Made by a program: the position numbers and the translations under genes
Assembly (NCBI GenBank): GCA_907165135.1
Contig: OU015566.1
Span: 186,001-250,000, forward strand
Length of the DNA stretch: 64,000 nt
Direction of reading: 5' to 3'
From: Oikopleura dioica
Lineage: Eukaryota; Animalia; Chordata
Shown here: piece by piece, positions 11,591-23,954 of the stretch
How the letters are laid out: each line of letters begins with the position of its first letter
Numbering within the stretch: position 1 is the stretch's first letter
The notes under the pieces: generated by a model
The model's input: the letters and a program-made list of their open reading frames with translations, nothing else
Told to the model about the DNA's origin: nothing
The model's database searches: none

Positions 11591-14500
11591 TTACAAATGA
11601 TAAGTTTTATTTTTTTTAGAAAATTCAATTGTTTCAGACAGCTCTTTTTTTCTCAAATAATTTTCTAAGCACTGTAGCGCCAAATCGTCGTTCCATGCGC
11701 TGAACTTGTTCGCAAAGAGGTGCTTCTGTTTGAGTAGCTAAATGAAACTCTGTTAGTAGTGGCGTTATCCTGGTGAATCTTGATTAAAATTAACACTTTT
11801 TTTCTCGATTTTAAATAGCTTCGATGATGGGGAAAACAAAGATAAATTGTTTCGATAACAAAAATTTAAAACTAAAGTTGAAAAATTCTAGTTAAAAATT
11901 AATGGGGTGTAGGGCGGCTTCGTTCGCAATTTGTGAACGTCGTTCGTAATCTTGCGAACGCCGTTCGCAACAAAAAAAAATCTTGCCGTGAGTGTGCGCT
12001 TCGCGCATTTTCTTGTAGACAACTCATTGGCTTGGCAGGAGCAGTCTTTTTCTTCCGCTGGGACACATCTTGAAAAATGTTGTGAACAAATTTCGGCCAA
12101 AAATTTTTCGATTTTGCGAATGGCCTTTGCGAACGAAGCCGTCGCCACCCGATTAATGCTACAAACAAAAAATATTCTTTAAAACTTTTCCTGCCCATCT
12201 GAGCGTGACGGCCGTTTGAAAATGGCTATTTTTTCCGAAACCGCTTCACTTCTCCTTTGAAAGAGCCTATCTCTTCAAATCTAGAAAAAAAGGATACCAG
12301 TCAAACTTTGTGAGAGGTTTTTAGGAATTGTAGTGGTTTTACAGAATTGCTCTAATTACGATCACGCCGCGGGGCAAAGCAAAGTTTGCCACGCGAGCAC
12401 GGCGCGTAAGTGAAATGATGGCGCACTTGCGCTGGCGAAATAATCGACTCTAAAACGCGCGCTCTTCCTGAAAAACCAAATAATCCGTTTCTAAACGCCG
12501 CTCTTCAAATTATTCTCACGTCCTGATGCTCGAAATCCGATTAGTCCGCTAAAATGGAATTATTCCTTTTCCAGTGACAAAATCCGTTGGTAACGAGTTA
12601 TTACGTTCAATGTTCAATTTATCCGATGGAAACGATACGATCGAATAACAGCCGATTAATCTACTGGGAACCCGAAAATTTGAAAAACTATAAAAACCGC
12701 TCACCATCTCTCTCACAGTCATTCTCACTTTTGCTCGCTCAGAGAATAGATCAAATAAAAGCTCAAAAACTTTACTCTTTTATACACAGCCAACTTTGCT
12801 CACTTGTCTGTATATTTCTCTTGTGTTCACTCATTTGCATAGGTTGCAAAACCATTACAGAATTATATTACTATCTTTAATTACTATCAACAACTCTTCT
12901 GGCCAAAACCGTAAGAGTTTTTCGTGAAGAAGAGGTTCGTTGGATCTGGTTCTGAACTAGGGCCTAGTTTGAAAATTTGGATATTTCCATATTCTCTCAA
13001 TGAAAAATTAATTCATGCGTTCATGCCTTAAGGACTTATTTAAATTACCCAGGGCAAATCGCCTGCTCCATAGATGCAGATTCCATGGCGATAGCTTCCA
13101 TAGCACTTTGGATAGAGTCCATTTTGAACGTGACCTCGCCATTTAACAATTCTTGCGAGACTCTGAAAATTTATTTGTTAGTTTTTTGACTGTTATTATT
13201 TTTTTGTAATAAGATGACTTCGTGCGTGTTTTGTGATTATTTTTGGTTGACGCGCGGGTCTGGATTTTGGCCAAAACGAAAGCGCTTATGAGCGAACTCG
13301 CTAAGCGAATCCAGACCCCTGGTTAACGTTTAGTCGTTGGGCCGAAATGTTTATTCATTGGGAGATCATTGATCTCAGATCAACGAAAAAAAATGTCGAA
13401 GAGTATATTGATTTTTTTATCTTTTGTAAAAAGCGAACCTGGAATTCATTCTTGTCATATTGGCGATTTGACGGTAAGGAGCCTGGCGCTCCTGGAAATC
13501 TGCTTAGTGCTGCCCAGAGAAACTCGTCTGGCGTGAGCGTATCGCGGCTCCAATGGAGAATCTCTAACACAGTTGAATTGTTAAGCGTGTAGTCAACGAA
13601 CGCACGGGAGAGGATATTGTACGCGGAGCCTGCAAATTTTCCGATTCCGTCTTAAACACATTTCTAACAATTCAAATTGCTTATGTATTTCTTACGTGGT
13701 GGTGAGGAATTCTCCCGCTTTGTACTAACAACCTCAAGCTCTCCGTTTTCCCCTTTCTCCAACTTGAAGCGCAACCTTAGTCGATCTTCTTTTTGTGGAG
13801 TCATCGGCACGGATTCGATTTCGTTCTGTGGTGTTATAAAAGAAGGCTTTCCATGAAAAACATTGACTATTTTTCTAGCCATGATTAAGCCTTGCACAGA
13901 TATTGACCCACAGTGGACAAATAACGGGTGTAGGGCGGCTACGTTACAAGTAGTTAAAATTGTAACGGCGTTACAAAAATTCAAAATCGAAATCATCGAA
14001 CGAGTGTGCGCTTCGCGCTTGAATTAAAGGAAACTAAATTTTGGTACACATTATCAGTGGAATGAATGACAGTGGAATGCACTTTCTGTCCCAGCGCCTC
14101 TCCCCCCCCCCCTTCTTACCTATGCGGTTAAAGTTTTGCGACCCAAAAAATACGGGATGGTCGGACTCATTACCGAAAATTTTGGTAACTCATTACCAAT
14201 TTTTGGTCGTTCATTACCAATTTATTTTGATTTTTTCGAGTAAATTGCGGGAGCACAAATTCGCTCTTCGAATGAAAAAAAATTGACAGTTTTTCGTCGA
14301 ATTTACCGTAATGCCTTACCAAAATTGGAAATGTGTTACCAATTAGAAATGTGTTACCAATTGGAAATGAGTCCGACCGTTTCCCAAAAAAAAGTCGGAT
14401 CAAGATTGTGCGGGTCTGTGCGGTTTTTTCCGAATCAATACCACTTTTGGTACAAACCAAGACAAGGAATAAATACGGCATGAAGTGACGGGGGAAAACG

Positions 14501-17500
14501 GACTCGGTTGGCCCAACTCCCGCCGAGTGTGAACGTGCAGGAGGTGTCAAGCCGAGTGAAGGAGATGCAAGGGACAACGCCGCCGGTGTGAACTCCTGCA
14601 GAGACTGCTCCTGGGCCCAAGTTGGCGCAAGTCTCGGTGTGAATCCTTGAGTAAAAAGAAATTAGGTGCATGTTGAGCCGGAAATCATGATCAAGCTCAG
14701 CCTGGATAATCTTCAAAAATGAAGATATGGAAGACTAAAAATTAGAATTCTCTGAAAACTTCCATGATAGGGTAAAATTTGATTCTGATTCTGATGCCGC
14801 TTTCGTTAAAGTCTTTTGATGTTAGATTTTTGAAATAAATCACTTCCAATTATTATCAGCTCCAGGGCTGTTGATTCCGGGTCCTTTCGGATTACCCGCG
14901 ACTAAAAAAAACATTTAGGTGTCAACTAATCTCACAAAAATATTTTCACCTATTATAAGGCAGCCCGAGCAATTCCGACACCTCGACCAGAAAATCACCA
15001 ACTAGCCTCTTACTTATACTGTTTTGTAAAAACTTAGCAGAAAAACTTTCAATTTAAACTTCAACCTCGTCACTTCTTGCCTTATTTGTTCCTTTTCTTG
15101 TTTTGACCCGATTTCTTTCTCTTATGAATGACCCCCGTTTATTTGGCCAAACCAAAAAAATAGGTGTAAAGATAGGAAGTTACAAAAAAGGAAGTGATGT
15201 TTTTGGAATGGGTTTTCATTGGCCGGTAGGCAAAATGAAGCCATCTTATTGGTCTTCCAAAAACGCACGTCCTTTTTTTCTCACTTCCTTTCTTTATTCT
15301 TACTTTTTTTAATTTGTGCCCGTTTATTGACGGACCAATCAGTCCCGCTTCACCTGTTAATTTGGCACGTTTTTAATAAATAATCGTATTTAACAATCTG
15401 CTACTGAAAGATCACTTTTTTCATGGCTAGAAATAATTCACTTTTGTTCATGGAAAGCCAAGATATAAGACAAATAGCGGACCATTTCTGCATTCGTCTT
15501 GAGAGGAAAGTCCGTTCCGCATAAATTGATGTAGTATTTCCATCTGATCGGGTGATTTAAAAGATCTTTCATACAGTTTAAATCCGCTTGCAGTCTCAGA
15601 ACGGTTGAAATCGGGTGTCGGGCGCTGAGGTTATGCCATAACCAGGTTATGCATTTTCCTGGATTTTGCATAACCTGGTTATGCATTCTCGATTTAAATT
15701 GGAACAATTTGAGTCTTAATTAGCTATGGGAATAAATTATCACTGATAATTTATCAGGCATTCTTAAATAATTTGGAAGTCATAAATGCAACCTATCCTT
15801 GAATAATGAGCGTAAGTGACGGTTTCTCTTTTCGACGCTAAAAAGACATTCGGAAAGCAGCTGGCGAGGCTTTCAAGGGCTTCATAAAACTCATCAGGAG
15901 ATTTCTTATCAGCGTGGATGCAGTAGACATTCTGCGGATGATAAATCGACCGTAAAAGGCGCTAAAACAGAGATAAGCCAAATTTTTTTTTAAAAAGGGT
16001 TTAACCAAAAAAATGAACCAATAAAATAGGATGAATCTATTTTGAAACGATAAGCATTTTTACTTAAATTTCCTTATTTCAACATTTTTTACGCTTATCA
16101 GGGGTCTGGATTCGCTTAGCGAATTCGCTCATGAGCGAAGCGAAGCAGAGCTTTACCAAAAATTTTCGCGAAAATATCGCCCATAAGAAAACGTTCTAAG
16201 AGTTGTAAATTTTGCTGATTGAACTAAGCTTTTTCTTTCGCTTTTTGGAAAATTTTTTCGCTTCGCTTCGCTTTCGAAATTTTGATTCGCTTTCGCTTTA
16301 AATTTTTGAAAAATTTTCGCTTTCGCTTCGCTTTCGCTTTTCATTTTTGGCCGAAATCCAGACCCCTGCGCTAAAAGATAGAAAATTTATGAGTAATCAG
16401 CTATTTTTATTGAGTATGTGCGCTTTAAATGCCCGCTCCGCGGGTTTAGTGGTAAGAAAATCAAAGATGGGAAAACAATAACAAAAGAATACAAATGACT
16501 GTATTCTTATCTTATAATTTCCAATTTTAAGGCTACGGGGGTCGACGAGGCTCTAACCATGGCCTTATTCCGGGAAACCCAAAAGAGTTGGGGGCTTGAA
16601 TCTTTCATTAATAGTTAATTTGAACTTAGATCATGACTTGTATAGAAGAAAACCTAAAGTTGATAGGCATTTTCTTGCCAAAAAATCGCTTCAAAGTTGG
16701 CATCTCGACCTATATTAGGGTAAAATTGGTTGAATCTTCCAACCTTTCGGGATCCCGAATGTTTCGGGATTTCCCGAAACGTTCGCAGTAAAAAAGGGCC
16801 TTTTTGTCTTCGACCCTTTCGGGGATGATTTTCAATAGTTTCTATCCTAGAAAATATTTTAAGCCAAACAGTAACGTCAAAGTACATCTTTATTGAAGAA
16901 AATGGAGGCGCGAAGGAAAAAAAAATAATTAACTCGAAAAAATGGATCTTTAACTCATGAAGTTCTCTATAAAACAGGCGCGGAGCGCACACATTCTCTT
17001 TGACTACAAATTCAACATTTATAAAAGGTCTGGACTTCTTAGACCATCGAATTCGACGAAGGCAGGTAGAGTTATCTTTTTGGTTAGTAAAATGCCCTAA
17101 TTCGGCATTTAGGCCACTTTTTTTAACGTTATCCTCACCAAAACTCCCGAAAGATTCGGGCGATCCCGAAAGGTTCCGGAAATCCCGAAAGATTCGGGAA
17201 ATCCCGAAAGATTCGGGATCCCGAAAGGTTGGAAGTGACAACCGGTAAAATTGGCTTCAATTCTGAAGAATTGAACCTATAAACCTACACTTAGTATATT
17301 TTTAAATAAAATTTCAAACCTTTTGAAGCCTTTGTATACAAAGAAATCGTGGATAGATTTGGAATTTTGGTATTCCAATACCAAAGTCCGCAAAAAATGT
17401 CAATTTTTAAAAATTTAAAATCGGGTGTGCGCTCCGCGCCTGTATTATACGATACTTTAGGATTGTTTTTAATAATTTCTCGGGCGGAAAATCCAAATTG

Positions 17501-20050
17501 TCTAAAAAATTTGGTATTGGAATACCAAAAAAGCTTTGGTATTGTAACCGACCGTTCCCGGATAGAATCAATAAAAATATCGAATTTAATTTTTTGAAAA
17601 GTGAATCTCGTTAAAAATTGCATTTTTTGAAATAACGATAAACGATTTTTGCTGTAAAATCCAAAATATCTGGTATCATTAAAAACCAAGGCTACCATTA
17701 GATTTTTCGTGCTCTGCGCTTTCGAAAGAGCCCCAAATGACGAAAATCCAAGCCAAAAATTTTTTTCGGTCAAAGTTTTAGCGCTCGTATCTCGGAAACT
17801 ACAAATGTTAACAACTCACTTTCAACTGTACGTCTACTTTATTTCTTGCGGAGAATTCACGTCGCATAATTGATATTGTGATACTTTCAAGTTAAGACCA
17901 CATATAACGTCGACCCCTGTACCCTTAAATTGGCAATTTATGATTAAGACCTAAAAAACTGACCTCAACTTCTCCAGCATTTTCGTAAACAGCAATTGCA
18001 AACGCGATCGAAAATTGGGGTCAGGAACCCACATCATTGTTAACCAATTTTAACAATTCTTTGGCTCATTAAAAAAAACAAGAGTCCGTTCCGCGGTTGA
18101 ACTGTGATTCTCCTCCTCGTATTGATCGAATTCACCCTTTTGATTAATCTTGACACTTTTTGGTACTGGGTACCCGTTTTGGATTAATGTCAAAAATTGG
18201 TTATGGGTAGAATTAGCGAGCTTTTGAGTAATGTGTATTTTTAAGCAAAACCAAAACTTGAAGTGATGTTTTGGATCAGGGTTTTGATTGGCCAGAAGAC
18301 CAAAAGCAGCTCTCTTGTTTGTTACTTAAAATGCATGAATCATGCAGCATGATGGTCTATATTTTGCCTTATTCATGCGGGAACCAACAAAATTTTTTAT
18401 AGATGAGCGCACGGCGCCCCGAACTCAAATCAGTCTTTAGCAAGTATAATTTACTCGCGCGAATTCTTAAGTCAAGACAAGTCTTCGTCAAAAAAGAAAA
18501 GACATTCTCTCGTTAAAATTATCCCGAATCCCGGTGAGGTAAAGAAAACTTTCGATCATAAAAACTTGAGAAAATCGAGGATTAACGGGCTCTGCCCCAA
18601 AAAGTAGCGCCGTGCGGGAAAAACGGCAAATAAAAATCATTTAAAAAATACTTATATAATTGAAATTCGGGTAAGGGTTAGAAATTTGACTCCAAAAAAA
18701 TTGTTCGAGAGCGTCTCATCTTACATTGTGGAAGTCTGTATTGCCTAGGATTTCGCTAGTTCAAAGGGTGGCGGGCGGCTTCGTTCGCAAAGGCCATTTT
18801 GCGACTGGCGTTCGCAAAAACGAAAAATTTTTTGCCGAAAATCGTACACAACTTTCTTCAAAATGTGTCCCAGCGGTAGAAAAGGACTGCTCCAGCCAAG
18901 CCAATGAGTTCTTTACCAGCAAGTGCGCGAAGCGCATTCTCAAGGCAAGATTTTTTTTCTTTGTGAACGGCGTTCGCAAATTGCGAACGAAGCCGCCCCA
19001 CACCCAGTTCAAACAGTAAATTTCAAAAAACTTGATATCTAAAAATTTTATGAAAATAGTGTGATTGACCACAGACGTGGGTTCCCGACCCCAGGTCGGA
19101 AAGTCAGCTTCTTGTTTGCTCAATGTTGATGTAACGTATTTGCGGTCTTTGATGAATGAGGCGCATTGCTTGTTTTTTATCCACTCAGTCAAGCTCGTGT
19201 CCGACATTGTTGCTATGTACTCAGCCATGTTTTCTTGCTTTGTATTCTGTATTCTTTGCTGTAATTTGTCCAATTCTGCATTTGATAATGAAGAATTGAT
19301 GATCGCGTCGCAATTTACTCCAAAATACTCATCAGCTGGGAAATGAAAATGAAACTATTTCAAGCTCTTATAAAGAGTCATTTACAGTTATTTTCCTCTT
19401 TTGTGGACATTTTTTGTCCCAAATTTTCATAAAAATGTCCACAAAAGTGGGCAAGAGTCTCCAAAAAAACGTAAAACTGTACGACCTTAAAATTTTTTCT
19501 TCGATAAATTTTTCTTCGAAGAATGGCGAATTTTATCATCAAAACGCCATTATTTTCCTTGTTATCCCATTTTTGGTCAATTAAACTGTATTAGACATTG
19601 ATTTCTTATCAAAAACGTCCTGATTTTTGAAAAAAACACCCTATTTCTTCCTAATAAATTTTTTCGGCTGGACAAATGTCCACAAAAGTGGAACATTATC
19701 CTTGCAGAAGTCTCCCATAAAAACCCCTTAAAATGAAGACAATGCCCACAAAGTTGGGATCCACAAGAGAGGAAAAAAACTGTATTTAAAATAATATATT
19801 ATTTAAAAGAAGATTTCAAGTAAGCGATAACGACCTAAGCATAACCTGAAAAGATGAGAATCTTAATTCAAGCCTGATTCCTTTGATATTTTCGCATTGA
19901 TGCTCTTTGGAACTCTCGAACTGCTCGTTTGATCCAGAAAATGAGGTGACTCGTCAGCGTGGTTAGGAAAGCCGTCCAGCGCGATGAAAAAGTAATCGCA
20001 GAAAAGATCACTCCGATCAAATAAATTTGTTTTCTTTTGAAAGCACTCAT
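11591..20050 (-). CDS. GCNT: Core-2/I-branching beta-1,6-N-acetylglucosaminyltransferase (GT14, Branch family), 9 exons
   Basis: Exons 20050-19874, 19335-~19097, ~18008-17964, 15961-15798, 15594-~15459, ~13846-13696, 13650-13439, 13162-13049, 11737-11591. Motifs [102 protein letters not shown]. Exon 1 needs +1 nt in a T-run. Confidence 0.92.
13843..15461. mobile_element. Old TIR element with 8-bp TSD interrupting GCNT coding sequence
   Basis: Ends AAGGCTTTCCATGAA / TTCATGGAAAGCCAA. TSD TATAAAAG (13835-13842) vs GATATAAG (15462-15469). Confidence 0.75.
16099..16368. mobile_element. MITE with TTCGCT repeats (short relative ~13255-13322)
   Basis: TIR CAGGGGTCTGGATT / AATCCAGACCCCTG. TSD not clear. 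Confidence 0.75.
16728..17242. mobile_element. MITE with TTCGGGA/TCCCGAA subterminal repeats
   Basis: Inverted ends GGTTG...CTTCCAACCTTTCGGGATCCCG / CGGGATCCCGAAAGGTTGGAAG...CAACC. Confidence 0.7.
18015..19094. mobile_element. hAT-like CTGGGGTCGG-family element interrupting the GCNT F-P-I codons
   Basis: TIR TTGGGGTCAGGAAC / GTTCCCGACCCCAG. TSD ATCGAAAA (18007-18014) vs GTCGGAAA (19095-19102). Contains a nested MITE at 18766-19005. Confidence 0.88.
19385..19782. mobile_element. Tc1/mariner-type MITE (TA TSD)
   Basis: ta|CAGTTATTTTCCTCTTTTGTGGA ... TCCACAAGAGAGGAAAAAAACTG|ta. Confidence 0.8.
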
Positions 20051-20165
20051 CAGCAGTATTCTTCATAAAAATATTATTCAGATGAAACATTTATCAGGAA
20101 CCGGTCAAAATACTACTAGCGCGACTCAAGGAACGATATTTATATAGGATACTTTTTTACCTTAA

Positions 20166-20900
20166 GGGGGTAGAACTAGGTTTTTCGAAATGTAGTGATT
20201 TTTGAGAGGCACTTTTAATAAGAAAAACCTATTTTTACTTATGATCACGAATTTTCCTCATAAATGTTGCTAGATAAAGGGTTAAACTATCTAAAAATGA
20301 GATTTAAAAAAGTTCGCTAGTCACGTGACTCTAGAAATTTGAGGACGCGAATACGCTAAAATTGCGATTTTCGAAGAGGTGGGTTCACGCTTCGCTCTCT
20401 AGCCCCAGAATGTGTTGACGAAAAAAAATTTTAAGAAAAATGTTGTTAGATCTAAGTTTGTTATATCTTCAGTCAAAGAGAGAATTTGAAAATCAAAGCT
20501 CTCCTGGGGGTAGAAGTAGGTTTTTCGAAAAAAGTCGATTCTAGACCGGCGCTCAAAGCCAGGAGAGCTTTGATTTTCAAATTCTCTCTTCGGCTGAAGA
20601 TAGAACAAACCTAGATCTAACAACATTTTTCTTAAAATTTTTTTTCGTCAACACATTCTGGGGCTAGAGAGCGAAGCGTGAACCCACCTCTTCGAAAATC
20701 GCAATTTTAGCGTATTCGCGTCCTCAAATTTCTAGAGTCACGTGACTAGCGAACTTTTTTAAATCTCATTTTTAGATAGTTTAACCCTTTATCTAGCAAC
20801 ATTTATGAGGAAAATTCGTGATCATAAGTAAAAACAGGTTTTTCTTATTAAAAGCGCCTCTCAAAAATCACTACATTTCGAAAGACCTAGTTCTACCCCC
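20166..20900. mobile_element. TTAA-flanked GGGGG...CCCCC (Kolobok-like) MITE in foldback dimer form
   Basis: ttaa|GGGGGTAGAACTAGG ... CCTAGTTCTACCCCC|ttaa. ~342-bp inverted arms. Related simple copies at 56505-56890 and ~58420-58683. Confidence 0.88.
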
Positions 20901-22774
20901 TTAATTAATTTATTAATTTTATCAATTTTCTATTAGAAGAGACGTTTCTTTGACTCAATGTACTTTAAATCATCTCTTTTAAAATTTGATATAAGTTGCA
21001 AAAATAACATCAAGTTTGATTTAAATAATTATAGGAGAGATAATTTATCTCAAATTGCGAGCAATATTATGAATTGGCTACCGCGTGCGCGCTTATTATT
21101 AATCATAATCAACATCAATCATTTACATTGATGTCATTTATCAAGAAAGAATTTTATTTGTTCCTATTTTTCGTCACTTTGGCTCTGTGAATACCCTTGC
21201 GGGCATAGGCTATGCCGCATAGCCTTAATGGCGCCGTTTTTATCGCAAATAAATGTCCTGAACGTGAGATTTCCAAAAAGGTATCATATGGTATTATAAT
21301 GACCAAAAATAGTTAAAATTCTATTATTTCTGCCTTTTAGCCAAAATGCACTTTCGCCACATTTAATTGCAATTTGTGGGAAAATGGGTTGAGATAGAGT
21401 TTATACTCATATGAAGTTTTTTTGGTCAGAATTTCAGGGAATATATGGTCAAAAACCGGTTCTGGGACTTGACCATGTGCGCGTACCATATCCTTAATCA
21501 ACTGCTCAAACCTTTCTTAAATGTAAAAAGAAACTGGCTTACTGTGTTCGTTCAAAAAGTTAAAACAATATAATCTAGAGAATTTCATATTCTTGCCGAA
21601 TTCGTAAAACTACGCTAGGGCATCGAGCCAAAATTGATTAGAAAAGGTGTTTTCGGTCAATAAATGAAGTTTCCTTATACTTAGGGTAAATCACTAATAA
21701 TTCGACTTTTTTCTGGGCTTAGTAGAGTGGGCATGTAATACAGTTTTAGAAGAACAGAAGCTGGGGATCATTTTGACTATTGATACTTGGGGGTGATTTT
21801 GAACCCTGAGGGCATTTAGATGGCTCCAAAGTCCCAAAATCTGGCCAACTTCGGAAATGAGAATTTTTGAAGCCCTAACTCGCCAAGTAGACCAAATTGA
21901 AGCCTAGCTTCTGACGGTCATTTTGAGCTGAAGAAAAATACTGAGACCGGGGGGTTCCCGAAGAGCTAGGGGCTCTTGAAGTTTGGGAAGTTGACCAAAA
22001 TTGAGTACTTTTTCACATAAGGTACACGATTTGTATCACAAATTCCTCCAAATGACTTTTTATCTATGTTTATTCGTTAAAAATGTTTAAGAAATCATTT
22101 GGGGTCATCTGAGGTCATTCTAGGTCAATAAATATGAAAAATTCAGAAAATTGTCATGAGTGACCTGATCTGGGCTTTCTAAAACTGTATTATATGCCCA
22201 TTCTACTAAGCCCAGAAAAAAGTCGAATTATTAGTGATTTACCCTACTTATACTTCAGCCGCGAAGCGGATACTAGTTTTTTTTCAACTAGGGGCTGTTG
22301 GTCGAGAAATTTTTTTCGGCTTTTTTAAATTTTGATATTATTTTTAGATTCCTTAATAAAAAAGGATACTTTTTGGTCACTCCCTTTTTTTGATTGGATT
22401 ATTTTCTTTTAAGCAAATTTTTAACTTTGGGTCTTCAAGTCGAGATTTTTCGGAATTTGGGAATCAGGTTTTTCGCAGTACAAAATTTTTGAGGGTTTTG
22501 CCGGAATCATTGTTAAGAGAAGGGTCGTCTTTGACTTTAATTTTCTCCAAAATCGTTATTTTTTTTAAATTTTTCCCACGTTTGCCCCCCCATTTAACCT
22601 TTTTCTATCAGATAAAGGTGGAATAAAAATCTTTCATAATAAATTCATGGAGTTATGCTTGTTAAAAGAACTTTAATAATCGACCACCTCCCCCTTACGT
22701 CAGAGAAAATGCTCGACATTGTACCAAATTTTCGGTACCAATTACTATTCTTAACTCTCTCACGGTCCACCGAG

Positions 22775-23201
22775 CAGGGTTCCAAATGTAGCAGTGTAGT
22801 AAATTGGCAGGTATAGCAATTGCTACATTTTTGCTACATGTTGATGTAGCAGGTGTAGCATGTAGCAGCGTTCAAAAAGCGTGTAGCAAAGTAAAGCTTG
22901 TTTCATTGCTACATTTTCCTGAGGGCAAAGATTTTTTTATCAGAAGAGACGATTTATGCATAGCAAATATATTTGAATGTCTCTTTTGATTAATAGTGAT
23001 GATATTTAGCTTCATTTCTATTTAGTTTGACTTTAAGAAATTCAAAACTATAAAAAATTCATATATAATCGAAATCTAATCGAAAATGGTAGCAGACCGG
23101 CACAATTTTATGTAGTAAGTGTAGCATGTAGCAGGGACTTTTTTTAGGGATGTAGCACGTGCATCATGTAGCAGCAATATATTGCTACATTTCGAACCCT
23201 G
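22775..23201. mobile_element. hAT-like MITE with TGTAGCA repeats (relatives ~24.5-25.2 kb and 41856-42319)
   Basis: TIR CAGGGTTCCAAATGTAGCA / TGCTACATTTCGAACCCTG. TSD CCACCGAG on both sides. Confidence 0.9.
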
Positions 23202-23616
23202 CCACCGAGTCGGCTCTTCATACTTATTTTCCCAAAATTTTCTAGAAAACATTGAAATGTTATTCCTTAGATCATTAAGTTCTGTTATGAAGACGATTTT
23301 AAAAAAATAAAAAGGAAATGTAAGTGAGAATTATTCATTTTAAATCTTAATTAATTAAAAATCTCATGCAATTTTTTAAAAATTCCACATAATTTCAAAA
23401 TTCGCTCTAAGACTACGAAATTTTAGGTATAACAAACAACTACAGACCTATCTAACAAAGGCTTTCAAAGTTTGAAAATTTTGAGAAAAGATAGAGGTCA
23501 ACGAATGTCATTTTCTCAAATTATGACCATAGAAAGAATTCGGAGCAAGGGCGAGGCGTGGACCACGCCATACCCATGAGTTCTCAACCAAAAAATTGAG
23601 TATTTGCTCTTTTTAA

Positions 23617-23954
23617 GGACCTTCCCGTCAACAATTTTCGAAAAATCTATTTTCGGAATTTCAGAATTTTGACCCCGGAAATAGATTCTACAGGTCAAAA
23701 AACGATTTTGAGGCTTCATTTTTTGGGGGTCTATCTTGACTCTAACACCCTCAAAATCGCGTTTGAAAATCGGACTTTTTGACGAAAAATGACGTAAAAG
23801 TCCCAATTTTGCTAGAATTTCAGATTTATATTGGTCAAAAAGTGCTCCGAACAAGTTTTTATGATAAATTGAACTTCCAGGCACGCTAAGAAGCCAAAAT
23901 ATGGCTTTTTTGAAATTTTCGATTTTTCGAGGAAAATTGTTGACGGGGGGGTCC
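23617..23954. mobile_element. TTAA-flanked GGACC...GGTCC MITE (relatives 55431-56196, 56895-57087)
   Basis: ttaa|GGACCTTCCCGTCAACAATT ... AATTGTTGACGGGGGGGTCC|ttaa. Confidence 0.82.

Larger units (their letters stand above)
1..12189. repeat. Near-identical tandem segmental duplication, unit ~6.17 kb
   Basis: Sequence at 1 recurs at 6173. ORF offsets are 6163-6169. Copy 2 diverges after 12189. Visible differences are mostly homopolymer lengths. Confidence 0.97.

Noticed and set aside
12560-12900. Open frames of ~80-97 codons on both strands
   Set aside because: They lie in GCNT intron 8, have no splice-consistent link and no recognisable motif; probably a decayed repeat.
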